Shown: positions 18,865-32,340 of the stretch, in pieces
Position numbering within the stretch: the stretch's first letter is position 1
Layout: every line of letters starts with the position of its first letter
Assembly (NCBI RefSeq): GCF_009914755.1
Contig: NC_060941.1
DNA length: 64,000 bases
Source: the human T2T-CHM13v2.0 reference genome, Homo sapiens
Direction: 5' to 3' (one strand)
The notes under the pieces: generated by a model
What the model was told of the DNA's origin: nothing
Databases searched by the model: none
Seen by the model: only the letters and a program-made list of their open reading frames with translations
Position numbers and translations under genes: made by a program

Positions 18865-21367
18865 GACACCTACTACTATACAACCCCAGGGAGCTCCATC
18901 TGAATACCAGTGACCACACATAAAATCGGTGAAAGACTCCTCTGTGTTCCAATCTAGGAGTACATTATGGCTTTAGAAAATTGTGGTGAAGACCTTCTAA
19001 ATTGATAAAGTCTGAAAGTTGCTTAAGTCTGCAGTAAGAAGAGACTAGAAATAACCCCATAGTTGAAAACTTGGAAAAAAGCCTGTGTATACATTTAGCC
19101 ATCTTGATCCATTACTGTAGCTTTTGTTGAGCCTTCTGGATAGTTAGCAGGTATAACTTATGCTGTAAAGCTGTTAATGAAATAATATTTCAGTATTGTT
19201 TTATTTAAAAAAAAAAGCCTGACTTCTATGTGGACTTAGTTTTTCAGTTACCTGTACTTTTTTATATTGGCCATATCAGCAAGGAAATTGTTATGAAAAG
19301 GCTCTTGGGTAACATGGAGCTCTTGCTTTGTAGCTATCTTAAAATTCTAATTAGGCAGAAGAAACACTCTAATAAACTCTTACAATGGGTATCTCAGAAT
19401 CTTTTCAGAATCTGATTCCTTCATCAATCATAGTAGACCTTGATTGAAGTAGGATTTCCTTCCAGAGTAGTTAGAATAATTGGGCTTCTATTAATGAGTG
19501 TCTTGTACCATTGTCTAATATATATTATTGTTTAAGTGGTTTTTGTGAATGGCCAAAGTATAGGATTTATTGCTTTACAAATTGGCGTGGTCAGCATTTT
19601 GGGTTCTATGTAAATAGACTGTGGATACAGATAAAGGAAAAAAAAAACAGCAATACCCAAGGAGATTATTAATCTTTCATAATTGAGTTGAATCTTTGGG
19701 TTTACAGCAGGTGCTATAATTTTAATCCAGAGGAGATGTGAGCTTCATAAGGATTAGTCTTTATAGTAAGTTAGGGTGTTTCTCCTTGTAGGCAAACATG
19801 TTTAACATTCTATAGATGAGACTATTTAACTTCTAAGAATTTCTCCCAGTCTGTGCTTCAAGTTTCGATGTAGATACGGATTTTCTGTTGTAACTTCCCT
19901 CTGTAACCGTGTTTGTATCTAGCCTCCTGCTAACTTTTAACCCTCACATGGAAGTGGGGAAATGAATCAACAAACAAAAACAACGCTTTCTTAAACACAG
20001 GGAGAGAACCAACATTTAAACTGTCTAAAAAGAAAGTGTCTTACATAAGGCCTTTATCTGATTAATAGCCTTTAAGTTCTTATCTTCACAATTTCTTTTG
20101 TGGTTCCTTTTTGGATAACCTCCTTTTTGTCATTTGTGCATGTTTTGTGTTTTTTAAAAAAATGCAAGTACAGGGAAAATCTGTTTTGATATAAATGGGA
20201 ATGATACGTTGCTGCAAATGACATGTCTGTAATAGTATTGACATTACCTAGCTCTCTTCTGCAATGTGAGGTTAATAAGTGATACACCTCTCATAGGAAA
20301 CAAAGCAACACTTTAAACCTTATTCTGCATCTTCTAGAGGTTTAAAAATACTCACTTCACTAGGTCTTTTAAAATCATCTGGGAAAGAGAGAAGTGATTT
20401 TTACTTGGATATTGCTTACTATGCTTATACTTGTCAGCTGCTCTATGGGGGTGAGGTAGTAAATAGTTGTCTAATTCAGAAAAATCTCACCTTTAAAAAA
20501 TATTGCTTTAATGACAGTTATGCAGTTATTTCCCTTAAAATTGGAAATGTCTTTATATTAATTTTCTTATATTTTCCATTGAGAAAGATGTATAATAATG
20601 ATGTATCATATTCTTGTAGAATCTATAGGATCATTTATATCTTTTCATTGAACTCACTTTATCTTCTCATATTATTCATTCCTTTCCATTAGAGTGAAGA
20701 AAAATATGTGCATGATACCTATTCTACCTTCTTTTTAGACATACTGATAGAACCATGTGTTCTGTCACATTTTCTAAATGGTATGTCAGAAGATGACAGA
20801 ATTTCATGTGTAGAGAATACTCTGTGAAAGATTTTATTTATTTCTTGTCAGGTGTATGAAATCATTTCCCCTTTTTACTTCTTTCTTAAAGCCTTTTCAT
20901 CATGGCTTCCTGGACACTTTCCTTGTAAATTAGCTTTCCTAGATTGTATTTCTGTCTTTAATCTTTGCAGTTCCATGTTTCTTCTCTTCTCTGATTATTA
21001 ATCTTGGTTGTATCAAAAGGTTCAATCTGAACCCTTTCTTTCTGTGTTTCTCTACATATTCCCTTAGGGAAATTACCCACTGACCACTAATATATTACAG
21101 AGCTTTACCATTTAGACCATGTTTTCAATTGATCCTTGCTTTAATAAAACCTTATGCTTCAGTGATATTGTTATCACTGAAGAAATTTTGTCTCACAGAG
21201 GTTGTCGCTTTCCGAAAATTATGCAGCTAGTAATTAATGGAGCCAACACTTAATCCCCTGTTTTTACCACCATCCTACACTGACCCACACCCTCATGATT
21301 TCACCTGAGATGTGTATGTGAATTTCTAACCAAGCTTACTTCTCTAGCTCTGACTGCCAGTCCCTTG

Positions 21368-21775
21368 GTTTTGTTTTTGTTTGTTTATTTGTTTGTTTGT
21401 TTTGTTTTGTTTTTGAGACGGACTGTCATTCTATAGCCCAGGCTGGAGTGCAGTGGTGCAATCTTGGCTCACTGCAACCTCTGCCTCCTAGGTTCAAGAG
21501 GTTCTCCTGCTACAGTCTCCTGAGTAGCTGGGACTACAGATGTGTGCCACCACACCCAGCTAATTTTTTTGTACTTTTAGTAGAGGTAGGGTTTCACCAT
21601 GTTATCCAGGCTGGTCTCGAACTCTTGACCTCAGGTAATCCAGCTGCCTTGGCCTCCCAAAGTGCCAGGATCGCAGACGTGAGCCACTGCGCCCGGCTGG
21701 AATATGAACAGGTTCTGAATTATCGACCCCAGTGCTCTACCCTGAGACTCTGGGCATGAGCCACCGTGCCCAGCC
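21368..21775 (-). mobile_element. Alu (21368-21698) plus a second isolated Alu 5' end (21753-21775), both inside one TSD pair
   Basis: TSD ccagtcccttg at 21357-21367 and 21775-21785. Confidence 0.8.
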
Positions 21776-21991
21776 CAGTCCCTTGTTGCTGTCAGGCTTC
21801 TCTACTTGTTTTTCTTACTTATCTTAACAGAATTGAAACCTGCACATATAATTTTTCCTGTCGTCCTTCTAGAGTCCCCTGTGATTATTAGCTAATCTTT
21901 TGCTTCTTAGTTTTTGTTTGTGTCAAAATTTAACTAGGCTTTTTTAAAGAAAACATTTGTTTTTTAATTAAATTTTTACAATTTTTTTTAC

Positions 21992-22285
21992 TTTTTTTTT
22001 TTGAGATGTAGTCTCGCTCTGTCTCCCAGGCTAGAGTGCAGTAGCACAACCTTGGCTCACTGCAAGCTCCACCTCCTTGGCTCAAGTGATTCTTGTGCCT
22101 CAGCCTCCTGAGTGGCTGGGACTACAGCTGCCTCCTACCACTCCTAGCTAATTTTTTTGTATTTTTAGTAGAGACCGGGTTTCACAATGTTGGTCAGGCT
22201 GGTCTCAAACTCCTGACCTCAGGTGATCTGCCGACCTTGGCCTCCCAAAGTGCTAGGATTACAGGTGTGAGCCTCTGTGCCCGCC
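21992..22285 (-). mobile_element. Alu
   Basis: Alu consensus. Confidence 0.88.
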
Positions 22286-22739
22286 TGTTTTTTTGTTTTG
22301 TTTTACTTTTTATCATATAAATCTTAAAATATGCAAGATAGAATGGTATAACAAACTTGGATATACCTATCACTCAGCTTTAGCAGTTATCAGTATCTTG
22401 CCAGTCTTATTTCATTTATTGCCCATACAGTTGTTTTTGAGGTGGCTCAAATATTTTAAATCCAATCCCAGACCTCGTATCTCTTCACCCGTAAGTACTG
22501 TACTTGGTATCTTTAACAGATAAAGACTTGAAATTACAATGTTATCAAGCCTAACAAAATTGGACATAATTACTTAATATCATCCAATAAGCAGGCTAAC
22601 CTACTTTCATATTTTCTCAATTGCCATTCTCTAGTCTCGTTTAGAGTTTATTTAAGATCGGCTTTACTTTTTCCTTAAATGTTTGGAGGAATTCACAGTG
22701 AAGCCCTCTGAGCCTGGAATTTTCTTGGTGGGAATTTTA

Positions 22740-24270
22740 CTTTTTAAATTGACATCTAATTTATAATAACCTTAGCATTAAGGTTATTGCCTGACCTTTG
22801 CACGGTCAGGATACCACGGCCGTTGAACATATGTCACTGGGCAGGCAGTGCCTCTACTACTGGTAATGCTAGCGGTGATGTTTTTGGTAAACAAGCTGGG
22901 TAAGATTTGCCGAGTTCCTTTTACTGTTTGTAATCTTTCCTTAGAGCATACCTGTGTTGGATTAACAGTATAAATAATAGGGTGTTTATTATATTGTTTA
23001 TTAATATTAGGCTGTCAGTGGATTATTCCGGTCTGATATAAGCTTATGCAGTGGAGAATATCTTCATGTTACTTATATTAACATTATTGCTTCTATTAAG
23101 TAATAGATTAGTCCAATCTGTTAGTAATAGATTAGCTCGCTAATCTTAGCATTTAGTGCTCAATGAATTTTTACATATGTATACACTCATATAATCACTA
23201 CCCTGATCAGATATAGAATATTTTCAGCACCCTAGAAGGTTCCTCGTGTTCCTTTACTGTCAGTGTGCACACTCCAGAGATTACCACTGTTCTGATTTCT
23301 ATCACTATAGATTCATTTTGTCTGTTCCTGAGTGTGCTATAAATGGAACCTACAGTTTTTACTCTTCTGTGTCTTGTGTCTTTTGCTCAACATAATGTGA
23401 GATTAATCTGTGTTTTTAGTAGTTTGCTCCTTTTTATTGGTGTGTAGTATTCCATTCCATGAATATACCATTTATATCTTCTATTGCACCTTTGGGTTAT
23501 TTCTAGTTTGTGGCTGCTGTGAATATTCTTGTATTTGTCTTTTGGTAGACTTATGTATATATTTCTCTTGGGCATATACCTAGGAGTAGAATTGCTGGAT
23601 CATAGAATAGGTTTCTAATTAGCTGTAGGAGACACTGCCAATTTTCCAAAGCAGTTGTACCAGTGTATACTCTTTCTAGCACTGTATGAGTTCCATACAT
23701 CTATCTACATTGTCAGCAATGCTTGGTAGTTTAGTTTTAGTTTTAGCCATTCTGGTGAGTGTATAGTGGTGTCTTGTTATAGTTTTAATTTGCATTTTCC
23801 TGATGAGTAAAGTTGCTAAGCACATTTTCATGTTACTGTATCCTCTTTTGAGACTTGCCTATTTTTAATGATTTGTCTTTTTCTTAATGATTTGTAGGAA
23901 TTCCTTATATAATTTGGATGCAAGTCCTTTGTTAGTTATATGTGTTGTGAATATCTTCTCTCAGTTTGTAGAGAATATCTTTTCCCAATCTCTTAATGGT
24001 GTCATTGGAAGACATGTTCTTAATTTTAATGAAGTTCAGTTTATTACTTTTTTTCTTTTGTGGCTACTGCTTTTTGTTGAAACCATTATCTTCTCCAAGC
24101 TTATAAAGATGCTACTCTAGGTTTTCAACTAGGTTTTACCTTTCACATTTATGTCTGATTTATCTCAATTTTTGTTTACCTTGTGAACCATAGGGGGCCA
24201 AGGTTCATTTTTCCCCCACATAGCTATCCAGTTAACCCAGCACCATTTATTGAAAAGATCATCGTTTGTC
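22740..24270 (-). mobile_element. Old L1M 3' segment, interrupted by the NUMT
   Basis: cctaggagtagaattgctggatcatag, ttagccattctggtgagtgtatagtgg, cccagcaccatttattgaaaaga. Confidence 0.8.
22794..23117 (-). pseudogene. NUMT: mitochondrial 16S rRNA (MT-RNR2) fragment
   Basis: Reverse complement contains 16S signatures AAAAGGAACTCGGCAAATCTTACCC, TGTTTACCAAAAACATCACC, GCCTGCCCAGTGACA and CCGTGCAAAGGT; many substitutions versus the recalled human mtDNA, so an old insertion. Confidence 0.95.
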
Positions 24271-24536
24271 CTACCTAGTCCTTTTAACATGTCTTGAAAC
24301 TCACCACTTTCTTTTTATTTTTATTGCCTGTTGAGTTGTTGTTATTTCATACATTGTTGATTACAGTAGCAGTTTAGATTACTCTTAGCTGATCTTCATG
24401 TCCATTCTCCTAACTTCAGTCCGTTATACACACAGGTGCTAGAATAATGTTTCTCTAATGTTATTTTTAGTTTCTGTTCTTTGTTCAAGAAATAAAAGTG
24501 ATTCTGCATTTCTTATCATATAAAAAATCAACTCTT

Positions 24537-24843
<307 letters not shown>

Positions 24844-25521
24844 TCAAAGTTTTATTTTCCTTATTCTCTCTTCCTCCAAATTTTACCAATCCCAAACTCT
24901 GCTCCTGCCAATATAATTTTTTCACCACCCCTAAAGTCAAATTGTTCATTTCTGTGCCTTTGTACAAACCTTCTCTTCCTCTTTGGAGGTTTCTCTCTGG
25001 TAGTTCCTCATAAAACCATTCCGAGAAGCTTTTAGAATCAGCACCGTTGATTTTGTTGTGTTTCTCTCTCATATCCTATCAATTATGCAGACACACAATA
25101 CATGTTTCTGCTGTTACACAGTAAACTTGCTTTTTATTCATTTTGTAAATGCTGATTTTTTTGTTGGTGTGTGAGCCATTCAGGGCAGGAACCATATATT
25201 TTACAGTTTCTACAGAGAACCATAGAATTCTCCTTACAGTGTTCCCTCATAGACGTTTAATTAAAATTGACCAATTATATTATATAACTGACAAGGTTTA
25301 CATAATATAATTTATTTTCATTTTAGCAGCTGTATTTTGATAAAAATAAGAATTGCTATTATCTCTTCATGAACATAAACAAATGGTTATAAAATCAGAG
25401 AGTTTTTCCCCCTTGTATTTGATAGTTATATATAGCTATATGTTTCACTGTTGTTGCGATGTTATGTCCTAGGTGAAACTGACTTTTCTCTTTTCTCCAT
25501 TTTATGTGTATGTGACTTTAG

Positions 25522-25714
25522 CACTGATGCAGGTGACAGCCCTGTTGGCACTACCACTGCAACGAACCTGGAACAGCCTCAGGTTATCCCCTCTCAAGGT
25601 GATCTTCTAGGGGATCTTTTAAACCTTGACCTCGGTCCCCCAGTCAATGTGCCACAGGTGTCCTCCATGCAGATGGGAGCAGTGGATCTCCTAGGAGGAG
25701 GACTAGATAGTCTG
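25522..25714 (+). CDS. AP2B1: AP2B1 coding exon (193 nt), hinge: STDAGDSPVGTTTATNLEQPQVIPSQGDLLGDLLNLDLGPPVNVPQVSSMQMGAVDLLGGGLDSL; clathrin box LLNLD at 25616-25630
   Basis: Acceptor gactttag|C; donor CTG|gtaagc; 260+193 nt = 151 codons. Confidence 0.97.
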
Positions 25715-28072
25715 GTAAGCATCTTTCTTCCCTTGTTCTTTTGGTTATTTTTAGTTCTTGATATGCTAGAGAGTTTTAAATTATTCAGCTTTTTAGAACT
25801 AGACCTTTCCTTGATGAGCAGTAGTGTCCTTTGATAAAGGACAGGATTCTTTGTCTTTAGTAAGACAAAATTATAATTAATACTGTTCATCATCGGTAAT
25901 GGGGTATGTCTGCAAGTGTATGGGATTATTTCATTGTCCTGCCTCTAAATAGAACTTTTGACATTTAACCATCCTATTGTTCAGCAATTTTAATGTTTAG
26001 TATCTTTTCCAGAGTTTATTATTGTTCCTAGCTCTTAACTCTGGATAGCCCACATAAATTCTCCTTTTGACCTGAACGGCATTAAAGTGACCTCACACAA
26101 ATCATCCTATTTTGAGGCTTTCAAACCTTTGCCTTTTTAATATTTTATTTACTTATGCCCTAATTCTGAAAGGTTTTGAGGCAGCCTTTTTTTTTCTTCT
26201 TCTTCTTTTTTTTTTTTTAAGTAAAATGTACCTTTATTACAGTTGGGAAGGGCTGCTTGATTGGTTCTTTTTTTCCCTTCTTCCCCACCTACTCCATTCT
26301 ATCATACTTCCAATTTAATTAGCTTCCAGGATTCTAATACTAAAAGGCTCCAAAGTCCAGAATACCTGCGAACATTTGCCACCAATGGGAACCAAAATTA
26401 TTTTTTGTTTCTGTACAAGATAAATGAATTTTAAGGGTGACCATCAATCTATGAAGAGAAGGCCAGAAAAATAACAAGTCTATTACAAGACTGCCTACAT
26501 AGTAGGTACTTAACTGTGGTGGAATTAGAGAGGCTTTTCTAGCTAGACCCTTGCAAAAGAGATTTTTGTCAACCCAATGACTATAAAGATGCCCAACAAC
26601 GATTTATTTACCAATATCATTGGAGGGCTGACATCTTAGATATGAAAATATGTGTTCCCAGAGATGACAGACACAAAACAACTGCACTCTCTGCTGCATA
26701 TACTGGCATCTTCTCTTCTACTTTATGAGGAGTTTTATGTCTGGGATTTATACCAGCCAGTAGAGGTTCATTTACTTTTTGGCTAGCAGAGAGTCTAAGG
26801 AAATAGGGTTATAGTCATATCTCTGTGGGTTGTGCATTTTACTAATGGAAAATCACTGCTTCTAGAATTTATACATTGACCAAGCTGTGGACTCCAGCTT
26901 ATATTGACACAAATGAGCACTTCTGTTGTCTTTCTTGGGAATATAAGCAAATACTTTTTATATTCATATCTTTAATGATTGAAACTGACTGAATAGCTTC
27001 CTCATATGATCATTCTACTTATATTGCTGTATAGCCTCCTTATAGACTCCGGAGAGTGACAAATATTTAAATGTTCATGGAGGCTCCTAAGAATCCCTTA
27101 TAAAATTAAAATAGCTCTTCCTTTTCTGTTCACATTCAACCACAAATTAAATATTGCATCCTCCTCAAGTTTATTACATTCCCTGGTGGGGAAGCTTAGT
27201 AAAGGTGGACTCATTGAACCTAAAAATGAGAAACAAAGTTCAAGGGATAGAGGGGAGAAAGAGGCCCTGCCTTTTCATGTTGCCAGACCCAGGACCCTGC
27301 TTGACCCACTATAAACATAGAAAAAAAGAGACATGTTACTTTCATTTGACTTTGTATTAGCTCATGCCAACTCCAAAACCAATGGGTTTTGTCATCATAT
27401 TTTACATAGCTGCCCAGTCATCTGCATTAGAATTCCTGCAAGTATTGTATCAAAGGGAAAAGCTGTTAGAACCTGCTTGGATTGTAGTAGCCAAAGTTGC
27501 ACACAGGCCTATTTCCTTTTTTTTTATATAAGGGATATTCTTTTGGGGATGGGAAAGTTGTTGTTTTTCTAATTGGATTTCTAAATATGCAACCTTTGCT
27601 AGATAGGCCCAGTTATGTTTTTATGTAACTCTAAATTTTAACATTTCCTGACTTTGGGATCTAAAATGGTATCCTTGGTGTTACAGCCCCAGAAATTGTT
27701 TACAGTGCAGTTTTCTTCAGCTTATTCTGAGATTGAAAGATATCCCAGAAATCAAGATGAGAAGAAATTAAAGCCCTTATTTTTGCTTTGGATCCGTATG
27801 TGGTTAAATATATATTCACTCAGAGAATCAAGGTTCCTTTTTCGAGAACATCACAAGGAAGACCTAAATTTGCCTGTGTGGAAGAAGATGAGTTTCTAAG
27901 GCGGCAGTGGACTTTTAAAATGCTTTTATTGTTCTTATGCAAATTACCTAAAGAGAAGATTAATCCTCAAAGCCATTTTTTGAATGCATCCTTGCCTTAC
28001 AGAGTGCTTCTCAAAATAAATTATATACCTTGAATCTCCTAAAGATTTTGTACAAGAGAGGGTTTGTTTTGT

Positions 28073-28310
28073 TTTGTTTAGTTTGTGGAAATGGGTTCTC
28101 ACTATGTTGCGTAGGCTCATCTTGAACTCCTGGGCTCAAGCAATCCCCCTGCCTTGGCCTCTGGAAGTGCTGGGATTACAGGTGTGTGAGCCAGCACACT
28201 GAGCCTGCAAGAGATGATTTAGTTGGTCTGGAGTGAGACCTAGAGTCTGCGTTTCTAACAAGGTGACACTGAAGCTGCTGGTCCATGGGCCACATTTTGC
28301 ATAGTAAGGA
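28073..28310 (-). mobile_element. Alu monomer inserted in a MER5A-like fragment
   Basis: FLAM consensus followed by ggtctggagtgagacc..tctgcgtttctaacaag. Confidence 0.65.
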
Positions 28311-28404
28311 CATAGAATATCTTGTGACCACTGTGAACTACTTCAGTTTAGTGTTTGAACTGTAGCTACCTAGATGCTCAGATACCTTTTTCTTTTTCTC
28401 TCTC

Positions 28405-28716
<312 letters not shown>

Positions 28717-29802
28717 TGACTTCAGTAGTAAACAGACTTCTGGAAAGAGGGCTCCTCCTCTCCCTTAAATTAATTCAGAGGGCAAGAAACTTATTAAATT
28801 ATTTTGTTAAAGCTCTTTCTTTTGCCCTGTAGGGAGAATAGTGTAGCTAGGAGTGGTAGAATTCAACCCAAACCCCTGTTTAAAATATGGCCATAGTTAG
28901 AATTGTGTGGTGGTTTGGGAAGCAGCGTTTAGGTTAGCTCAGTGATCATTTCAGGAAGGCTATCAACCAGGCCACTAGACTGTTGGTTCTATTTTTATCA
29001 TGGGTTTCTAACAGAACCTCACCCATAGAGGCCAGTGGTGTACTGCTAACAAAGTATTGCCTGGTTCCTGATGACCATATGGTTCTCAACTCTATCTGCA
29101 GAATTGGTCCCACATAATTACCAGTTTAAAAAAAAATACTCTCTAGCCATTGAAACTATAAAGAAAAAAAATACTATCAATACTTGAGTCCAGGAGTAAT
29201 TAAATACCACCTCTGGGAGGCAGGACCTAGACATTGCTATTTTTAAAAAGTTACCTGGGTTATTTTAATCTTGCAGCCAGTGTTGAGAACATTAAACCAA
29301 ATGAAATTCCAAATGGAGTTAGGTAGAGATGTTAAAAACTGATCTCTAAGCCAAGACAGTGACCGCCACAGAAGAATCATATTCTCGAGATCCTCTTTGG
29401 CACCTCCTACAAAAACAGATATCTCTGACTTTACTTTTGTTCTTTTCCCCCTGAATATTTTTCTGTTATGATATTCTGTGAGGTTATCCATCGTGTCAGA
29501 AGTTGACTGGAAGTTGAATTTGACCAATTTAGATATGGTCGCTCAGTCCCAGGGTCCTTTTTATCCTTGCTTACTTGCCATAATTGGAGACCGAAAATTG
29601 AGGGCATTTTATATTTTGGATTGTCTAACCATTTTCTATTCTTCTATCTTAAAACTTGATATTCATGAGAAGATATTTTTATTCTTCCTTTTTCATAGCC
29701 TGGTGATCTTCCCTTAGATCTTGTTCTGTTTCATCTTCTTTTACTGTCACACTCATAAAATTCGGCCAGCGTTAAGATGTAGTGAGTTGTGACCTTTTCT
29801 TA

Positions 29803-29867
29803 TTAGGTTGGAGCAAAAGTAATTGCGATTTTTGCCATTAACAGTATTTACTTTTGCTCCAACCTAG
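29803..29867. mobile_element. MADE1 (Hsmar1-derived MITE), internally shortened
   Basis: ttaggttggagcaaaagtaattgcgatttttgccatta...ttacttttgctccaaccta with TA flanks at 29801-29802 and 29868-29869. Confidence 0.9.
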
Positions 29868-31864
29868 TAGAACTGTCACAGTCAGGAAATACTTATCAAT
29901 TTATTATTTATTTGTTGATATTTCTAGTCAGGAATGTTTTGCCACAACATTCCTGAAAGCTGTGGCCTTCCTCCATCAATAGTAGTGACTCTCAACATTG
30001 GTGATTCTTTAAAGAGGAGTAGGGTGGGCCATTGCTGTGATATAAAGAAAGTAAACATACTGTAGCTCCCCAGGTGATTGATTCTTGTATGCTTTTTTAA
30101 AGAAAGCAGACATCTTTGAATGGAATGCCTCTTCATCTCAAGACTTGGATAAAAATGGATTTCTACCTATTCTTTTTAGTCTCCTTACTGAAACATCCTT
30201 ATTTTTTTATCGCATTTCAGCATATTCTCTTTTGCTTGTACTCTACAGGTAGTTTATTCCATCTGTCAGTACAAACTGAACTATCGCTTTGATGTGGAGT
30301 AAATTCAAGTAATGTAGTTTATGCAGTTGATCTGCTCTACATGTAGAGCATGACAGTTTACTAGTTAGGTATAGGCTTGCTTGCAAAGTAGTTATTTGGG
30401 CTTTTTTTGTTTCCTTTGGAAGCCATGTATGTGGAGTTTTTTGGGTTTGGGTTTGTTTTTTTTTTTTTTTTTTATGACTCTGGTACTTAATCTAAGAAAC
30501 TGCTCGTTCTGAGTAGTGTGATTTTTCTCACCGTGCAGATCCTTCTGGTTTGGTGTAGTGTGGGAGGTGACCTGATGCCCATGTGTATAACTCTTGCATA
30601 TGTGTTATGTGCTCATGAGTCTGACATCTGCGAGGATCACTGAAGTAATAATTGAATCTCAGTTATTTTCTTGCCTTTACTTCCAATCTGTCAGCAGAGG
30701 CCTTGGCTAAATTACAGCCTTTTGTTCATCCAAGGTGCTGTGCATTATTCTTTTACATAAACAGTGCTATTGTGTATATCAAAAATGGAAAGGAAGAATT
30801 ATCCAAAGTGCCCTTTCTCTGTGCTGATGAAGGATTTCATCCTGGAGAAATATGCTGTGTGCCCAGCTTGAGTGGTATGGAATTGAAGAGAAACTGCCTT
30901 TTCCTGACCCTCAGTCCATGTTTTTCCCACTGTTTCTTTCAGGTTTTTACCTTTCAGATTATTAAGTCATAAGCTATTTATTAATAGTTTTGAGATTTTT
31001 TAGCCCACAGGAAATCCATCATCTATACTAGTTTTGCATCTTTATTTTTCTTCCTTTGGAGGAGCTTTGCAATGACTTAAAAGTTTAGTTTTTAGAGTTT
31101 GTGTTATGTGGAAAGATCTTTGTAAGTTGTTGCCTGTTAAATTTCTCAGTGAGGCTTCCATAACCACCATCTTTGTATCAGTGCATACGTTTAGTCAAGG
31201 CTGGCCTCAGACAGTTTTGAGAATAATTACTAATTTCTGAGTTCTAGTCCCTGTGCTAGAATTTTTATAATTTCTAATCCTCAGAACAACTCAAGAAGAT
31301 AATTGGTATTGGACCCCATTTTACAGAAAACTGAAGGTCATACAGTAAGTTGCAGAGTTGGGATTTGAACCCAGGGCTTCTTTAAAACTTCAAAGTTTGT
31401 ACACTTTATACTGTCCTATGATTTTCCAGTTTGTTTGTTATTGTCATCTTGCAGAATAGAATACAGTTTCACCTAACTGGTCCTTCTCAAACTGGGAAAT
31501 GCAGTCTCTGGAGTACACAGCAGAGTGCAGGGTGCATTTGAAGCTGCAGAATAAATATGGCTCATTGTCTTGCAGTGTCAGTCTTACTTGATGGTAAATA
31601 ATGTAAACAGAATATACACTGGTGTGTTACCACTTAGAATGTAAAATTGCATGACTTTAAGATAAAAAATACAGCTTGCTTGCCCTGGGCCTCTTGATGG
31701 TGTACATCCCAGGTCCCTGAGTATATGAGTTTGGGTTAATGTGTCACATGAAAGTTGGAGAAGGACTACAGAAGTGTGTTCATTCATGAAGAAAAGAGAC
31801 TGAATAATGAGTAAGTTCATGCACCTTTCTTGCAGCAAGAGGAACAGATTGTTCATCTTATCCT

Positions 31865-32340
31865 TATTTATTTATTTAAAGACAGGGTCACTGCAACCTT
31901 GAGCTCCTGGGCTCAAGTAGTCCTCCCACCTCAGCCTCCCAAAGTGTTAGGATTTACAGGCATGAGCCACTATGCCTGGTCATTTTATTTTCATTTAAGT
32001 AAAACCACAAAAATCTCCGTTTCCCATCTCTTCACCAGTGAGCTGTAATAAAGCAGTAGTACTTTGAGGGCAGTTAAATGATGTGCAGGCATTCTTCTTC
32101 TGAAAATTTCCTATCAAAACCACTCAAACAATACATTTCCTCCCTAGAATGAGTTTTGACCCGGCTGGGAGATGTTTGTTTATTTATTTTTTTGAGACAA
32201 GGTCTCGCTTTGTCACCCAAGCTACAGTACAGTGGTGTGATCATAGCTCACTGCAGCCTCAAACTCCTGAGCTCAAGTGATCCTCTAACCTCAGCCTCCC
32301 AAGTAGCTGGGACTACAGGCACATGCTGCACACATGGCTA
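31865..32340 (-). mobile_element. Two partial Alu fragments (31865-31981, 32177-32340)
   Basis: Partial Alu consensus. Confidence 0.75.

Noticed and set aside
22794-23117. Possible humanin (MTRNR2L) copy
   Set aside because: The NUMT ends at ...CCGTGCAAAGGT, before the humanin ORF; no MAPRGFSCLLL-like frame is present.
30518-30640. Possible hairpin, snoRNA or extra microexon
   Set aside because: Pairing is short and interrupted, no clean C/D or H/ACA boxes, and the donor is weak.
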